Source of the DNA: a bacterium
Lineage (GTDB): Bacteria > UBA8248
Reading direction: 5' to 3'
DNA length: 22,564 nucleotides
Assembly: GCA_965202625.1 (NCBI GenBank)
Contig: CBDBBI010000003.1
Span: 1-22,564, forward strand
In this document: positions 1-8,362 of the stretch, piece by piece
How positions within the stretch are numbered: the stretch's first letter is position 1
How the letters are laid out: each line of letters opens with the position of its first letter
The notes under the pieces: generated by a model
Seen by the model: only the letters and a program-made list of their open reading frames with translations
Database searches by the model: none
What the model was told of the DNA's origin: nothing
Made by a program: the position numbers and the translations under genes

Positions 1-58
1 CGTTCGATGCAAAGAGGGAAACCGTTAAGGCGGTCGGCACCGAGGGGGTGGATGAAGG

Positions 59-674
59 GTGATTTTGTGTATATTCGTTTTCGCTCTCGTTGCGCTCACT
101 CCCCGCAACCATGTGGGCCGCTGACACCTGGCGCGGCCTCGTGGTCGCACCCGAGCACCGGTGCGCACCCTACGACAAGCGGCGCGGCTATCCGTATTCG
201 CAATCTCTTGAGGCCCGCATCGTTGCCGGTCTTGGGGGCCGGACGTATGGGCCATACACCGGGCGGACGTTTTCCAGCAGGCACCAGACGGACATTGAAC
301 ACATTGTGGCAACCTCGGAGGCCCACGACAGCGGGCTTTGCGCGGCGGACGCGGCGGCGAGGCACCGCTTCGCCTCCGACCTCCTGAACCTCACCCTCGC
401 CGGCCCGCGGGTGAACCGCCACGAGAAAAGCGGGAAGGACCCCGCCGAATGAATGCCGAAGATGAACAAGTGCTGGTTCGCCCGGCGCGTGGTGGACGTG
501 CGCCGGAAATACGCTTTGACCATCGACCGCCGCGAGGCCGACGCCCTGGAGGGCGTGCTCTCCCGATGTGCCTCTACCGAGATGGTTTTCGCGGAGGGTG
601 TGCCGGCGTCCGCCCCTCCGGCGTCCGCCTCCGGCCTACCGCTTCATGCGCGACGGGGATGGGGTGGTGTGTGA
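59..674 (+). pseudogene. Disrupted secreted HNH endonuclease (DUF1524 / GmrSD C-terminal-like)
   Basis: ORF 90-452 has the motif DIEHIVATSEAHDSG...NLTLA..VN..KSGKDPAE. It continues in the same frame after TGA 450-452 as MPKMNKCWFARRVVDVRRKYALTIDRREADALEGVLSRC, where homologues have a Trp at the stop position. A hydrophobic signal-like segment (GTG 59: VILCIFVFALVALTP) lies in another frame and joins through the C-run at 101-104. Confidence 0.75.
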
Positions 675-694
675 ATGAGTTTGGTTAGGGGAGG

Positions 695-2674
695 TCAAGG
701 TGAGGAAAATTCGAATTCCTCAATATCATCTAATATAGATTTGAGCCTGCCCTTGTCTTTTTTCTTATCAAGATATTCTCGATAGCTCACTTCCGCATCC
801 TTGATGAGTTGCTGGTAGGTGATCACCCGGATATTTTTCACCCACATGGTTCTTTCCGAAATCTGTCGTTCCTCAGGGGTCTCCCAATTCGAAAGGCCTT
901 CTCCTACCAGGCAAATTGCCTCTATTGCCGTCCCTTCTTCACTGTTTGCCTTCACCTGCTTTCTCAATGCGCGTATGTACTTTTCGACTTGTTCCATGAG
1001 AACATTATCCGTAATTCTCACGGACGCTCTTTTCAATTCAATAATCACGTGCTTCCCCGCCGTTTTCTTGTATTGAATATCGAATCGTCCTCTTTTTTCT
1101 TCATCCGTTAACTTATCGGAAATTTTTTTGAATCCTGTGCGGACGTTTTGTTCCAACGTCGGAGTTTGGGTTGCCCTGTCCCATGATGGGTCCAGCAACC
1201 AAAGGTGCTCATAGATATATTTTTGTATAATTTTTTCGAGCACATTGGTGTTAAGGTGCTTCGCTAATGCTCTGATCACCTCCAATCGGCCTTCGGTGAT
1301 TTGGTGATACCAGGACGCCTCTATGTCGTCCAACTCGGAGAATAGATTTACGGCCACTTCAAGGTTATCAATGTCGAGTCGCTCCAGTTCGCTCAGACGT
1401 TCTTTGTGATGCAGGTGCTCAAATGCCAGAACCCCATGTTTGTAAAGCGTTTTTCTGTGGTTGTCATCAACGGCCATCTGGTTGATTTTGCCGAAGAATT
1501 TTTTGGCGGCTCTTTGGGTGTCTCCTTGAAGGTCTCCGTACCATTCCTTGATAAGAGGAATCTCAAGGATCTTTTTCTCTCCCTCTTTCTCTTTGAATTT
1601 CGCTCGTTCGGTCGCCAGATGTTTTAGTTCTTTTGCGACGAATTTTCGCAATCGAATGAATCGATCGTCACTCTGGATGAAGTCTTGCCTGCTGGATGTG
1701 GCAATATCTTCTTGCTCCGTCAGATCGAGGAAATCGGCTTCAAGTTCGCCGATGATGTACTTCGTATATAGTCCGCCTTCGCGGTAGGAATCCAGAATAT
1801 CCTCAAGCGCAACCTTCCCCCTGGCGAGTATGGATATTTTGTTCAGGTTGTCCCCGCCATCTTGCAAATCTCCGGATTCTTTGACCAAGCCTATCCAGCC
1901 GCGCACGGCGTATTCAGGTAGTGGATTTGCTCGTTTTACCACATGTTCCTCGTCTATATGCGTGAACCTGGATTTGTCGAAATCACCATAAACGAGGGCG
2001 TATTCAATTTTTCTGAAATAGTTTCTGTCGCTTATCTTTACTTTTCCGCCGTTGATGAACACTTCAAAGTCTTGAGAAATAATCGAGAACCGACGAGCCA
2101 CCCGCTGGCGCAAATGCTGATCGAGCGAGGCATTCACCCTCTTCTTGAGTTTGCTGAGGATCAGCGCCGTGCCGGGTTCCTCAAGGGCAATTGTCTTCGG
2201 TGGTTCTATGTCGAAAGGATGGTAGTCTGCTTCTTCTTGAATCGCCTCGCGGATTTTGTCGACATCCATCTCTATGGCGATAAGCGAAGCGTTCTTTTTT
2301 CGGGTGACAACCTGTACTTTTTGGGCAATGGAGAAAGCGGACAACTTGCCGATACCCTTCCTCCCCATCACAGGTCTCTGCTTGCCCGGCGTCTTGTCCC
2401 CGCTGTTTTGCGCTTTGTTGTTTCCCCTGCGTTGATAGCCGACAGTGAGGAACTTTTCGGCTAAATCTTCATCATCCATTCCGCACCCATCATCCTGAAC
2501 GATGAGCTTTTTATCTTCACTTTCGCCCTCTATGGATACCTTGACGCAGGAGGCATCCGCATCCCAGGCGTTGGCGATCAGCTCGGCCAGGACGGCGGGG
2601 ACGTTGCTATACAGGTTGAGCCCCAAATGGTTGAGTACGTTCAAATCCATTTTCAGGGTGTATTTTCTGCGCAT
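695..2674 (-). CDS. GHKL (HATPase_c/MORC-like) ATPase fused to PD-(D/E)XK restriction endonuclease, HgiDII/BbrUII-like
   Basis: 659 aa. GHKL motifs ELIANAWDADA, DDGCGM, GRKGIGKLS and GT. C-terminal RFDIQY...IIELKR nuclease motif. Starts 3 bp after the stop of a C5 methyltransferase. Confidence 0.85.
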   Translation of the reverse strand: MRRKYTLKMDLNVLNHLGLNLYSNVPAVLAELIANAWDADASCVKVSIEGESEDKKLIVQDDGCGMDDEDLAEKFLTVGYQRRGNNKAQNSGDKTPGKQRPVMGRKGIGKLSAFSIAQKVQVVTRKKNASLIAIEMDVDKIREAIQEEADYHPFDIEPPKTIALEEPGTALILSKLKKRVNASLDQHLRQRVARRFSIISQDFEVFINGGKVKISDRNYFRKIEYALVYGDFDKSRFTHIDEEHVVKRANPLPEYAVRGWIGLVKESGDLQDGGDNLNKISILARGKVALEDILDSYREGGLYTKYIIGELEADFLDLTEQEDIATSSRQDFIQSDDRFIRLRKFVAKELKHLATERAKFKEKEGEKKILEIPLIKEWYGDLQGDTQRAAKKFFGKINQMAVDDNHRKTLYKHGVLAFEHLHHKERLSELERLDIDNLEVAVNLFSELDDIEASWYHQITEGRLEVIRALAKHLNTNVLEKIIQKYIYEHLWLLDPSWDRATQTPTLEQNVRTGFKKISDKLTDEEKRGRFDIQYKKTAGKHVIIELKRASVRITDNVLMEQVEKYIRALRKQVKANSEEGTAIEAICLVGEGLSNWETPEERQISERTMWVKNIRVITYQQLIKDAEVSYREYLDKKKDKGRLKSILDDIEEFEFSSP

Positions 2675-2677
2675 CTT

Positions 2678-3760
2678 TTATTCTCTTGCACTCAAATGGC
2701 GGGCTATCGTCTTCCCGATGGCCGATGCAAGGGCGGGGGGGACTGCGTTTCCGATATGGCGCCCCAGCCTGTTGAATGAAATTTTATCGTCGTTCGGAAT
2801 AAAATGATAATCCTCGGGGAATGTCTGAAGGAGTGCTCCCTCTCTCAGGCTCAAAGCCCTGTCCTGCTTTGGATGCCCAAAGCGACCTGTTCCGTAACTG
2901 TAGAATTGGGTGGTCAGCGTGGGCGCCGGCATATCCCAACGCATACGCCCGTAAACGCTCACGTAGCTTGAACCGCTTTTTTTCTTGTAGCAATCCGGCA
3001 ACAGGGAAACGGGCCAGTCCCGCCAACTTCCTCCGGGGGAGGACGCCCGGATGCGTTCCAGGTTCATCGGATCAAGGCGCGAACAAACATGCAGCGGGTC
3101 GGCACCGCTTGATTCCCCATGCCCCAGGGGTGCCAGCTTCCCGATGGTTTGCCTGACCGTCCTGTGTTTCGACGATTGCGCGCTGGGCAGGCGGATTTTA
3201 CCCATCAATGAAGCCAGCAGCAGAAGGCGGCGTCTCGTTTGCGGAACTCCAAAATCGGCGCAAGAAACGACGCCATCCGAAACTTGATATCCCGCATCGG
3301 CCAAGGTGCTCTTGAAATTGTCGTAAATCGGCTGCGCCATGAGCCGAGGGACGTTCTCCATTGAGACGATCTCCGGCTTGCCCTCAAGAATGATTCTCAA
3401 AAATTCATCAATCAGATGCCATCTGAGGTCTTGTCGGGGAGGCTTTATTTTTGCGGTATGCATAGAGAATGGCTGGCAAGGAGCACACCCGACGAGAACG
3501 CGATATTTCGCTCCCTCAAGATATTCTGAAACATGGGAAAAGGAAACGTCTCTGATATCCGCTTCAATAAAAGTCGCCTTGCAGTTTTTTTCATATGCGT
3601 ATCGACATGAGCCGTCAATATCCACTCCGGCGTTGACCGTGATTCCGGCATTCCGCAGCCCGTAGGTCAAACCTCCGATGCTGCAGAACACATCAAGCGC
3701 CTTTGCATTGAGTGAGGTCCCGTTCACCCCGCTATCTCCGTGTTGATTGTCGGGATTCAC
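2678..3760 (-). CDS. dcm: DNA (cytosine-5)-methyltransferase
   Basis: Motif I DVFCSIGG, motif IV GCAPCQPFS, motif VI ENV, motif VIII QTRRR, motifs IX/X REGALLQTFP and IGNAVPP. Exact start codon uncertain. Confidence 0.95.
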   Translation of the reverse strand: MNPDNQHGDSGVNGTSLNAKALDVFCSIGGLTYGLRNAGITVNAGVDIDGSCRYAYEKNCKATFIEADIRDVSFSHVSEYLEGAKYRVLVGCAPCQPFSMHTAKIKPPRQDLRWHLIDEFLRIILEGKPEIVSMENVPRLMAQPIYDNFKSTLADAGYQVSDGVVSCADFGVPQTRRRLLLLASLMGKIRLPSAQSSKHRTVRQTIGKLAPLGHGESSGADPLHVCSRLDPMNLERIRASSPGGSWRDWPVSLLPDCYKKKSGSSYVSVYGRMRWDMPAPTLTTQFYSYGTGRFGHPKQDRALSLREGALLQTFPEDYHFIPNDDKISFNRLGRHIGNAVPPALASAIGKTIARHLSARE

Positions 3761-3877
3761 AAACTCTCATACCCTATGCCAAAGAAAGCCCAACATCTAC
3801 CCCGGCCCCCGCTGCCGAGCAATTCCTGTGCCCGCTGGGTGTTTTTGGGGTTGGCGACTCCCTTGGGCAACGAGCAC

Positions 3878-3914
3878 AAAAACAAAAGCCGGCCCCGCAT
3901 CAGCAGGGGCCGGC
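3878..3914 (-). terminator. Rho-independent terminator of the beta-barrel gene
   Basis: Perfect 9-bp stem GCCGGCCCC (3888-3896) / GGGGCCGGC (3906-3914), followed on the minus strand by TTTTGTTTTT, 15 bp after the stop at 3930. Confidence 0.85.
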
Positions 3915-3929
3915 CTTGTGCGAATCGGA

Positions 3930-4574
3930 CTAGAACGTGAGCGTGATGCCCAGCAAGAATACGTGTGCCTGGATTTTCTCATATTCAATAGAGTCAATTT
4001 CAGGTTCGTAGGCGGTGTTCAGAAACCGGTAGCTGGCGTCAAGTGCCAGATTATTGCCTATGGGGAAAATTGCGCCCGCACCGAGTTGCCAGGAGAAGCC
4101 GGTGTCGGAACCACCTGGAACGTCGAGACGCATCGCTCCAACCCCTCCCCCTACGTAGGGGTTGAGTGCCCAGTCTCTCCCGCCCAGGTCAAACCATGCG
4201 TTGAACATCAGCCCCGCAATTTCTGCGTCGTCCTCATCGATCGGGAAGACTTCTCCGTTCCTGTCTTCTTCGTTCAGCGTGTAATCGACTTGTCCATAGA
4301 AAATCTCAATCTCTCCCCTCAGTTGACCGAAAGAACGGCCAACGGAGGCGCCCACGAAAAACCCGGTATCAAGTTCCGCGTTGAGGGTGGTGCCGAATAA
4401 CTCATCCAAGCCGTCATCCACGTCCACGTCTCTTGGCGACAATGCCCCCGCGTTGAGTTTCAAATACAATTTGTCCGCCCCTTGGCTTCCCCCCTCTTGT
4501 GCTCTTGCCATGAGGGGAGCCGAGAAGAGCAAAATGAGAGCAGCCGCTGCACACAGAAATCTCCCGCGCTTCAT
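3930..4574 (-). CDS. Outer-membrane beta-barrel protein (OmpA-TM/opacity-like porin family)
   Basis: Signal peptide (MKRGRFLCAAAALILLFSAPLMARA-Q), amphipathic strands, motifs NPYVGGGVG, WQLGAG and LDASYRF, C-terminal Phe, strong RBS GGAGGAGG. Confidence 0.9.
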   Translation of the reverse strand: MKRGRFLCAAAALILLFSAPLMARAQEGGSQGADKLYLKLNAGALSPRDVDVDDGLDELFGTTLNAELDTGFFVGASVGRSFGQLRGEIEIFYGQVDYTLNEEDRNGEVFPIDEDDAEIAGLMFNAWFDLGGRDWALNPYVGGGVGAMRLDVPGGSDTGFSWQLGAGAIFPIGNNLALDASYRFLNTAYEPEIDSIEYEKIQAHVFLLGITLTF

Positions 4575-4735
4575 GTTGAGACCTCCTCCCTGAAAAAAGA
4601 ATCACGCCTCCCGACAAGGCCGGGTCGGTCGCCAAACAACGCAAAGTCCAGTGGTGGGTTCCTGCCTGTTTCCGCCCATGGCAGAGCGGTCTTGCATTTG
4701 GCAGGCGACCCGGTACTACGTTTGACCATAGATGG

Positions 4736-4764
4736 AGTATAGCAGAATAAAATTCGGAAGGCAA
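4736..4764 (-). promoter_or_regulatory. sigma70-type promoter for the beta-barrel gene
   Basis: Minus strand TTGCCT (4764-4759), 17-bp spacer, TATACT (4741-4736) with an extended -10 TGn. Confidence 0.65.
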
Positions 4765-4848
4765 AAAGTGCGGATGGCGGGAATTCTCGCGCCCGGCAGC
4801 CTCCGTCGCCACACCTGAACGTCATCGCCCCGAAGCCTTCACGCCTCA

Positions 4849-4865
4849 TCGGCACGCTTCTTGCG
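4849..4865 (+). promoter_or_regulatory. Putative sigma54 (-24/-12) promoter of the structural operon
   Basis: TCGGCACGCTTCTTGCG: GG (4851-4852)-N10-GC (4863-4864), close to TGGCACG-N4-TTGCW, 76 bp upstream of ATG 4941. Confidence 0.5.
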
Positions 4866-4940
4866 CACCTTGCCAACACCCAAACATGTTTCCGTGTTTT
4901 TTTTCATCGTTTTCTGCAGGATTGTGAAAAGGAGGGCGGA

Positions 4941-6242
4941 ATGACCGCACTGGACGGATGGATCGACGTTTGCCGCACGGGGAATTGGCGCGACGTTCGC
5001 GGGCACGACGTGCGCATTGACGAGGGGCGTCTGGACGCCATCGTTGCATCCCTGCGGGATGCGGACCCGGCCCCCGTCGTGGTGGGCCACCCGGAAACCG
5101 ACGCCCCTGCCTTCGCGTGGGTGGAGAGTTTGCGGCGCGTGGGGGACCGGCTCCAGGCGAAGCTGCGGGACGTCGCACCCGAATTCCGCGAGGCGGTGGA
5201 GGCGGGAAGATACGCGAAGCGCTCCATCGCCCTGCGCGGCAACCAGCTGCGGCATCTCGGATTTCTGGGTGCGGCGGCACCCGCCGTGGACGGCCTCACG
5301 CCGACGCAGTTCGCAAAAACTGACGAAGGGGTACTCGAGGTGGTCGAATTTGCGGCGGAGGGCTACGGCGTCATCGCGCGCGTCTTCCGCCGCCTGAAAA
5401 ACGCGCTCATCGCGGAGAAGGGCGAGGAGGCCGCGGATCGCATCGTTTCCGACTTCGAGATCGACATGCTCAACGAGATGGGGCGGGAGGAGGAGCGCGA
5501 CGCCCCTTCGCTCGCCTCGCGCCTCGGCTCCCGGCTGATGGTGCTGATGGAGGAGAACGAGGTATCGCCCGCGCGGCTCGCGCGAGCGATGGGGATCAAA
5601 CCGGGGACGCTTGGCGACATTCTGGACGGAAAAATCATGCGCCCGCCCGATCGTCGAATCGCGGCGGCGGCGAAGCTCCTGGGCGTGAGGGCGAAGTCGC
5701 TCATGGACTTGATCCCCCAATCATCGCTGGCGGGTGCTCCGGACGGGGCGGTGGAAGACGAGGTGGAGACGCTCGCGGCGGAGCACCGCAAGGTGGAGGA
5801 GGAGCGCAGGCAGCTGGACGCGGAGAGGGCGGAACTCTCCGCGCGCATGAAAAAACTTGAGGACGCCGAGAAGTTGCGTGCGGCGGAGGATGCGGTGGAA
5901 CCGCACGTGCGCGAAGGGCGGGTGCTTCCAGCGGAGAAACCCGCACTCGCCGCGCTTCTCGCCGCACTCAAGGAGGCGGAGGAAGTCGCCCTGGCCTCTC
6001 CCGAGGGGGAAGAGGCGAAGCGGGCACCCGCAGAGATTCTGACCGATCTGCTCGCCGCAATTCCGCCCCGCGTGGATTTTCGCGAACACGCCGAGGCACC
6101 GCTTGCGGCGGATGAGGAAAAAGACGTATCCGCCCGCGCGAAGGCGTATATGGCGCGGTGTGCTGAGGGTGGCGTCGTCATCAGCGCGGCGGAGGCGGTG
6201 GACGCCGTGCGCGCGGGCAAGGACGAGGGGGGCGGGAAGTGA
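4941..6242 (+). CDS. Mu-like prohead protease/scaffold with an inserted XRE/Cro-like HTH domain
   Basis: N-terminal GHPETDAPAFAWV...GRYAKRS...LRHLGFLGAAAPAVDGL peptidase motif, central HTH-like segment (about 5511-5717), acidic coiled-coil scaffold C-terminus. RBS AAGGAGG. Confidence 0.85.
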   Translation: MTALDGWIDVCRTGNWRDVRGHDVRIDEGRLDAIVASLRDADPAPVVVGHPETDAPAFAWVESLRRVGDRLQAKLRDVAPEFREAVEAGRYAKRSIALRGNQLRHLGFLGAAAPAVDGLTPTQFAKTDEGVLEVVEFAAEGYGVIARVFRRLKNALIAEKGEEAADRIVSDFEIDMLNEMGREEERDAPSLASRLGSRLMVLMEENEVSPARLARAMGIKPGTLGDILDGKIMRPPDRRIAAAAKLLGVRAKSLMDLIPQSSLAGAPDGAVEDEVETLAAEHRKVEEERRQLDAERAELSARMKKLEDAEKLRAAEDAVEPHVREGRVLPAEKPALAALLAALKEAEEVALASPEGEEAKRAPAEILTDLLAAIPPRVDFREHAEAPLAADEEKDVSARAKAYMARCAEGGVVISAAEAVDAVRAGKDEGGGK

Positions 6243-6604
6243 GCCTTGAGGGAAATTCCCTGCTGGAGAAGTCTTTCGTGGCGAAGGCCGACATCGACGG
6301 GTATTTGATTTTCAAACTGGACGCCGACGGGGAGGTGCTCATCGCCTCGGCGGCGGCGGACAAATCCGTGGGCGTCACCGGACGCGGCGGAGCGAAGGCG
6401 GGCGAGCACCTGGCGGGGCATCTCATCGGGCACGTTCCCGTGAAATACGGCGGCAGCGTCGCGCGCGGCGATCTGCTGACCGCCAACGCTTCGGGGCAGG
6501 CGGTCGCCACAAGTGCGGCGAACGCGCGGATCATCGGCGTTGCGATGGAAAAAGGCGTATCCGGCGACGTGGGCCAGGCGCTTCTGGTGCCTGGGCGCAT
6601 TTGA
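6239..6604 (+). CDS. Capsid cement/decoration protein (DUF2190-like)
   Basis: 121 aa, Gly/Ala-rich, GGSVARGDLLTANASGQAV and IIGVAME motifs, located between protease and capsid, GTGA overlap. Confidence 0.8.
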   Translation: MSLEGNSLLEKSFVAKADIDGYLIFKLDADGEVLIASAAADKSVGVTGRGGAKAGEHLAGHLIGHVPVKYGGSVARGDLLTANASGQAVATSAANARIIGVAMEKGVSGDVGQALLVPGRI

Positions 6605-6616
6605 GGGAACGAGAAA

Positions 6617-7579
6617 ATGACAAGGCTCGCGGAACGCCCTTTTGACCTTGATGCGCGGCGGACGCAGATCGCGCAGACGGTGATGGTGGAGAACGTCATC
6701 GCGGAGATGATCAGCCCGCGGGTGCGCGTCGATGGGCGCCTGTTCATCTACCAGACGGCGAACACGGAAGACGTCCTCACGATTCCCGACACGAAGGTGT
6801 CGCGCAAGGGGCGGCCGAACGAGGTGGAGACGGGCGCCAAGGACACGACGGAGGCTGTCGAGGACTACGCCCTTGACGACCCTGTTCCGCGGACGGATCG
6901 CACGGCGGACGGGCGCGGACGACAGACGATAGACCCGATGGACAGGGCGACCATGGTGACGGCGGGGCTGATGCGCCTCTCGCGCGAGAGGCGGGTGGCG
7001 ACGGCGTTCGCCAGCGACTCGAATTTCGAGAGCGACCTCACCAAAACGCTCTCCGGCAGCTCGCAGTGGAGCAACGCCTCCTCGCGCCCCATTCGGGAAA
7101 TCACGGACATGATGGACAAGATGCTGGTGCGGCCGAACGTTTTGATCGCCGGGCAGGAGGTGTGGACGAACCTCGCGCGGCATCCGGAAATCGTCGAGGC
7201 GATTCGCGGGACGGGTGCGGGTGCGGTGAACGCGGCGGGTCTGGTGGCGAAAGAGGCGGTCGCCGCCCTGCTGCAACTCCAGGCGATTCACGTCGGCATG
7301 GCGTGGCACAACGCGGCGAAGCCAGGGCAGTCGGCCGATTACCAGAGGCTCTGGGGCAAGGTGGCGATTCTCGCACACATTGACCCGATGCCGGTCGATA
7401 CGCGCCCCGCCATGCCTACCTTCGCCTTCACGGCGGAGCATATGCCGATGCAGACGATGACGTATTTTGATCACAACCGAGGCGCGTATGGAGCGGACAT
7501 CGTGCGCGTCTCGGAATCGGTAAAGGAAGTGTTTTCGTTCAAGCGTGCGGGTGCGCTGTTCAGGGCGGCGGTCGCCTAG
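6617..7579 (+). CDS. Major capsid protein
   Basis: 320 aa, position after cement gene, motifs ERRVA..., LSGSSQWSN.SSRPI..I, RPNVLIAGQEVW..L..HPEI and LWGKVAILAH typical of Mu-like/gpE-like capsid proteins. Confidence 0.85.
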   Translation: MTRLAERPFDLDARRTQIAQTVMVENVIAEMISPRVRVDGRLFIYQTANTEDVLTIPDTKVSRKGRPNEVETGAKDTTEAVEDYALDDPVPRTDRTADGRGRQTIDPMDRATMVTAGLMRLSRERRVATAFASDSNFESDLTKTLSGSSQWSNASSRPIREITDMMDKMLVRPNVLIAGQEVWTNLARHPEIVEAIRGTGAGAVNAAGLVAKEAVAALLQLQAIHVGMAWHNAAKPGQSADYQRLWGKVAILAHIDPMPVDTRPAMPTFAFTAEHMPMQTMTYFDHNRGAYGADIVRVSESVKEVFSFKRAGALFRAAVA

Positions 7580-7587
7580 GGAGTTTT

Positions 7588-7899
7588 TTGCGGGTGAAAT
7601 TCTACCGGGTGCTGAAAAATCTGGACCACGATCTTGAGAATTACCATCCGGGCGACTTCGTCTGGCTGGATGAAGAATCGGCCGCTTCTCTCGTTGCGGA
7701 CGGCGTCGTCCGGAAGGCGGAGCGTGCCGAGGCGATTGAGGCGGCCATCGGCGATCTCCCTCCGGGCGATGCGGCCGCGTGGACTTCGGGCGGCAAGCCG
7801 GAGGTGCGCGCTCTGCGCGAAGCGACAGGTCTTGAGAACATCACGGCTGAGGAGCGCGACGCCGCCTGGGCGCGCCACGAAGCCAAGGGAGATGAATGA
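7588..7899 (+). CDS. Small head-associated protein (Mu gp35/HI1506-like)
   Basis: N-terminal L.HD...Y.PGD.V.L domain and C-terminal WTSGGKPEVRAL...ITAEERDAAW motif, directly after the capsid gene. Start is TTG 7588 or GTG 7594. Confidence 0.7.
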   Translation: MRVKFYRVLKNLDHDLENYHPGDFVWLDEESAASLVADGVVRKAERAEAIEAAIGDLPPGDAAAWTSGGKPEVRALREATGLENITAEERDAAWARHEAKGDE

Positions 7900-8306
7900 T
7901 GCCGCCCCGCGGAAAAGCGTACGCGGCTGCTGCTGATCTCCAGGTGCGTTTCGGCGATGAGATCAGCCGTTTTCCCGCCGACAAGGTGGAGACTGCGCTG
8001 ATGGATGCCTGCGCGGAGATGGACGCGGTGCTCGGGGCGGCGTTTGACCTCCCGATTGCGGGCGATTTTCCGCTCCTGAAAAACCTGGCGAGCACGCTCG
8101 CACGGGCGTATTTGTTTGATAAGGCACCGACGGAGCGCATCTCCAGTGCGGCGGCGGAAGCGCGAATGGCACTCAGGCGTCTGGTGGAGGGCGACGCCGC
8201 CCTCATCAGCGCGGCGGGAGAAAGGGCGGTGCGGCAACGCGCAGACGTACCGGACGCACCGGACGCGCGAAGGTTCACGGATGCGGCCCTTGGAGGGTTT
8301 GTGTGA
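7896..8306 (+). CDS. Head-tail adaptor (Mu gp36/DUF1320-like)
   Basis: YA..ADL..RFG.E, AL.DA.AE.D..L...F.LP...PLL....LAR..L pattern, ATGA overlap. Confidence 0.8.
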   Translation: MMPPRGKAYAAAADLQVRFGDEISRFPADKVETALMDACAEMDAVLGAAFDLPIAGDFPLLKNLASTLARAYLFDKAPTERISSAAAEARMALRRLVEGDAALISAAGERAVRQRADVPDAPDARRFTDAALGGFV

Positions 8307-8362
8307 TGGCGGTCGGCGTCGTCGTGGAGAGCAAGGGGTTTGGCGAGGAGGCTGCGGCATGA
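8306..8362 (+). pseudogene. 18-codon mini-ORF, probable internally deleted remnant of a neck/virion-morphogenesis gene
   Basis: MAVGVVVESKGFGEEAAA*. Starts in a TGATG overlap with the gp36-like stop and ends in an ATGA overlap with the gp37-like start. Confidence 0.5.

Noticed and set aside
450-452. TGA read as Trp (alternative genetic code)
   Set aside because: Many genes here end in TGA with coupled ATGA/TGATG overlaps and use TGG for Trp, so a nonsense mutation is the simpler explanation.
4600-4730. SRP RNA, 6S RNA or a known riboswitch
   Set aside because: I could not find the diagnostic conserved motifs. Kept only as an unassigned structured leader.
4770-4940. att site or Mu-type end matching the right border
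   Set aside because: No repeat shared with 19670-19830 was found by eye.
5363-7474. 703-aa minus-strand ORF
   Set aside because: Antisense shadow of the protease, cement and capsid genes in GC-rich DNA, low-complexity Arg/Ser/Ala content, no motifs.
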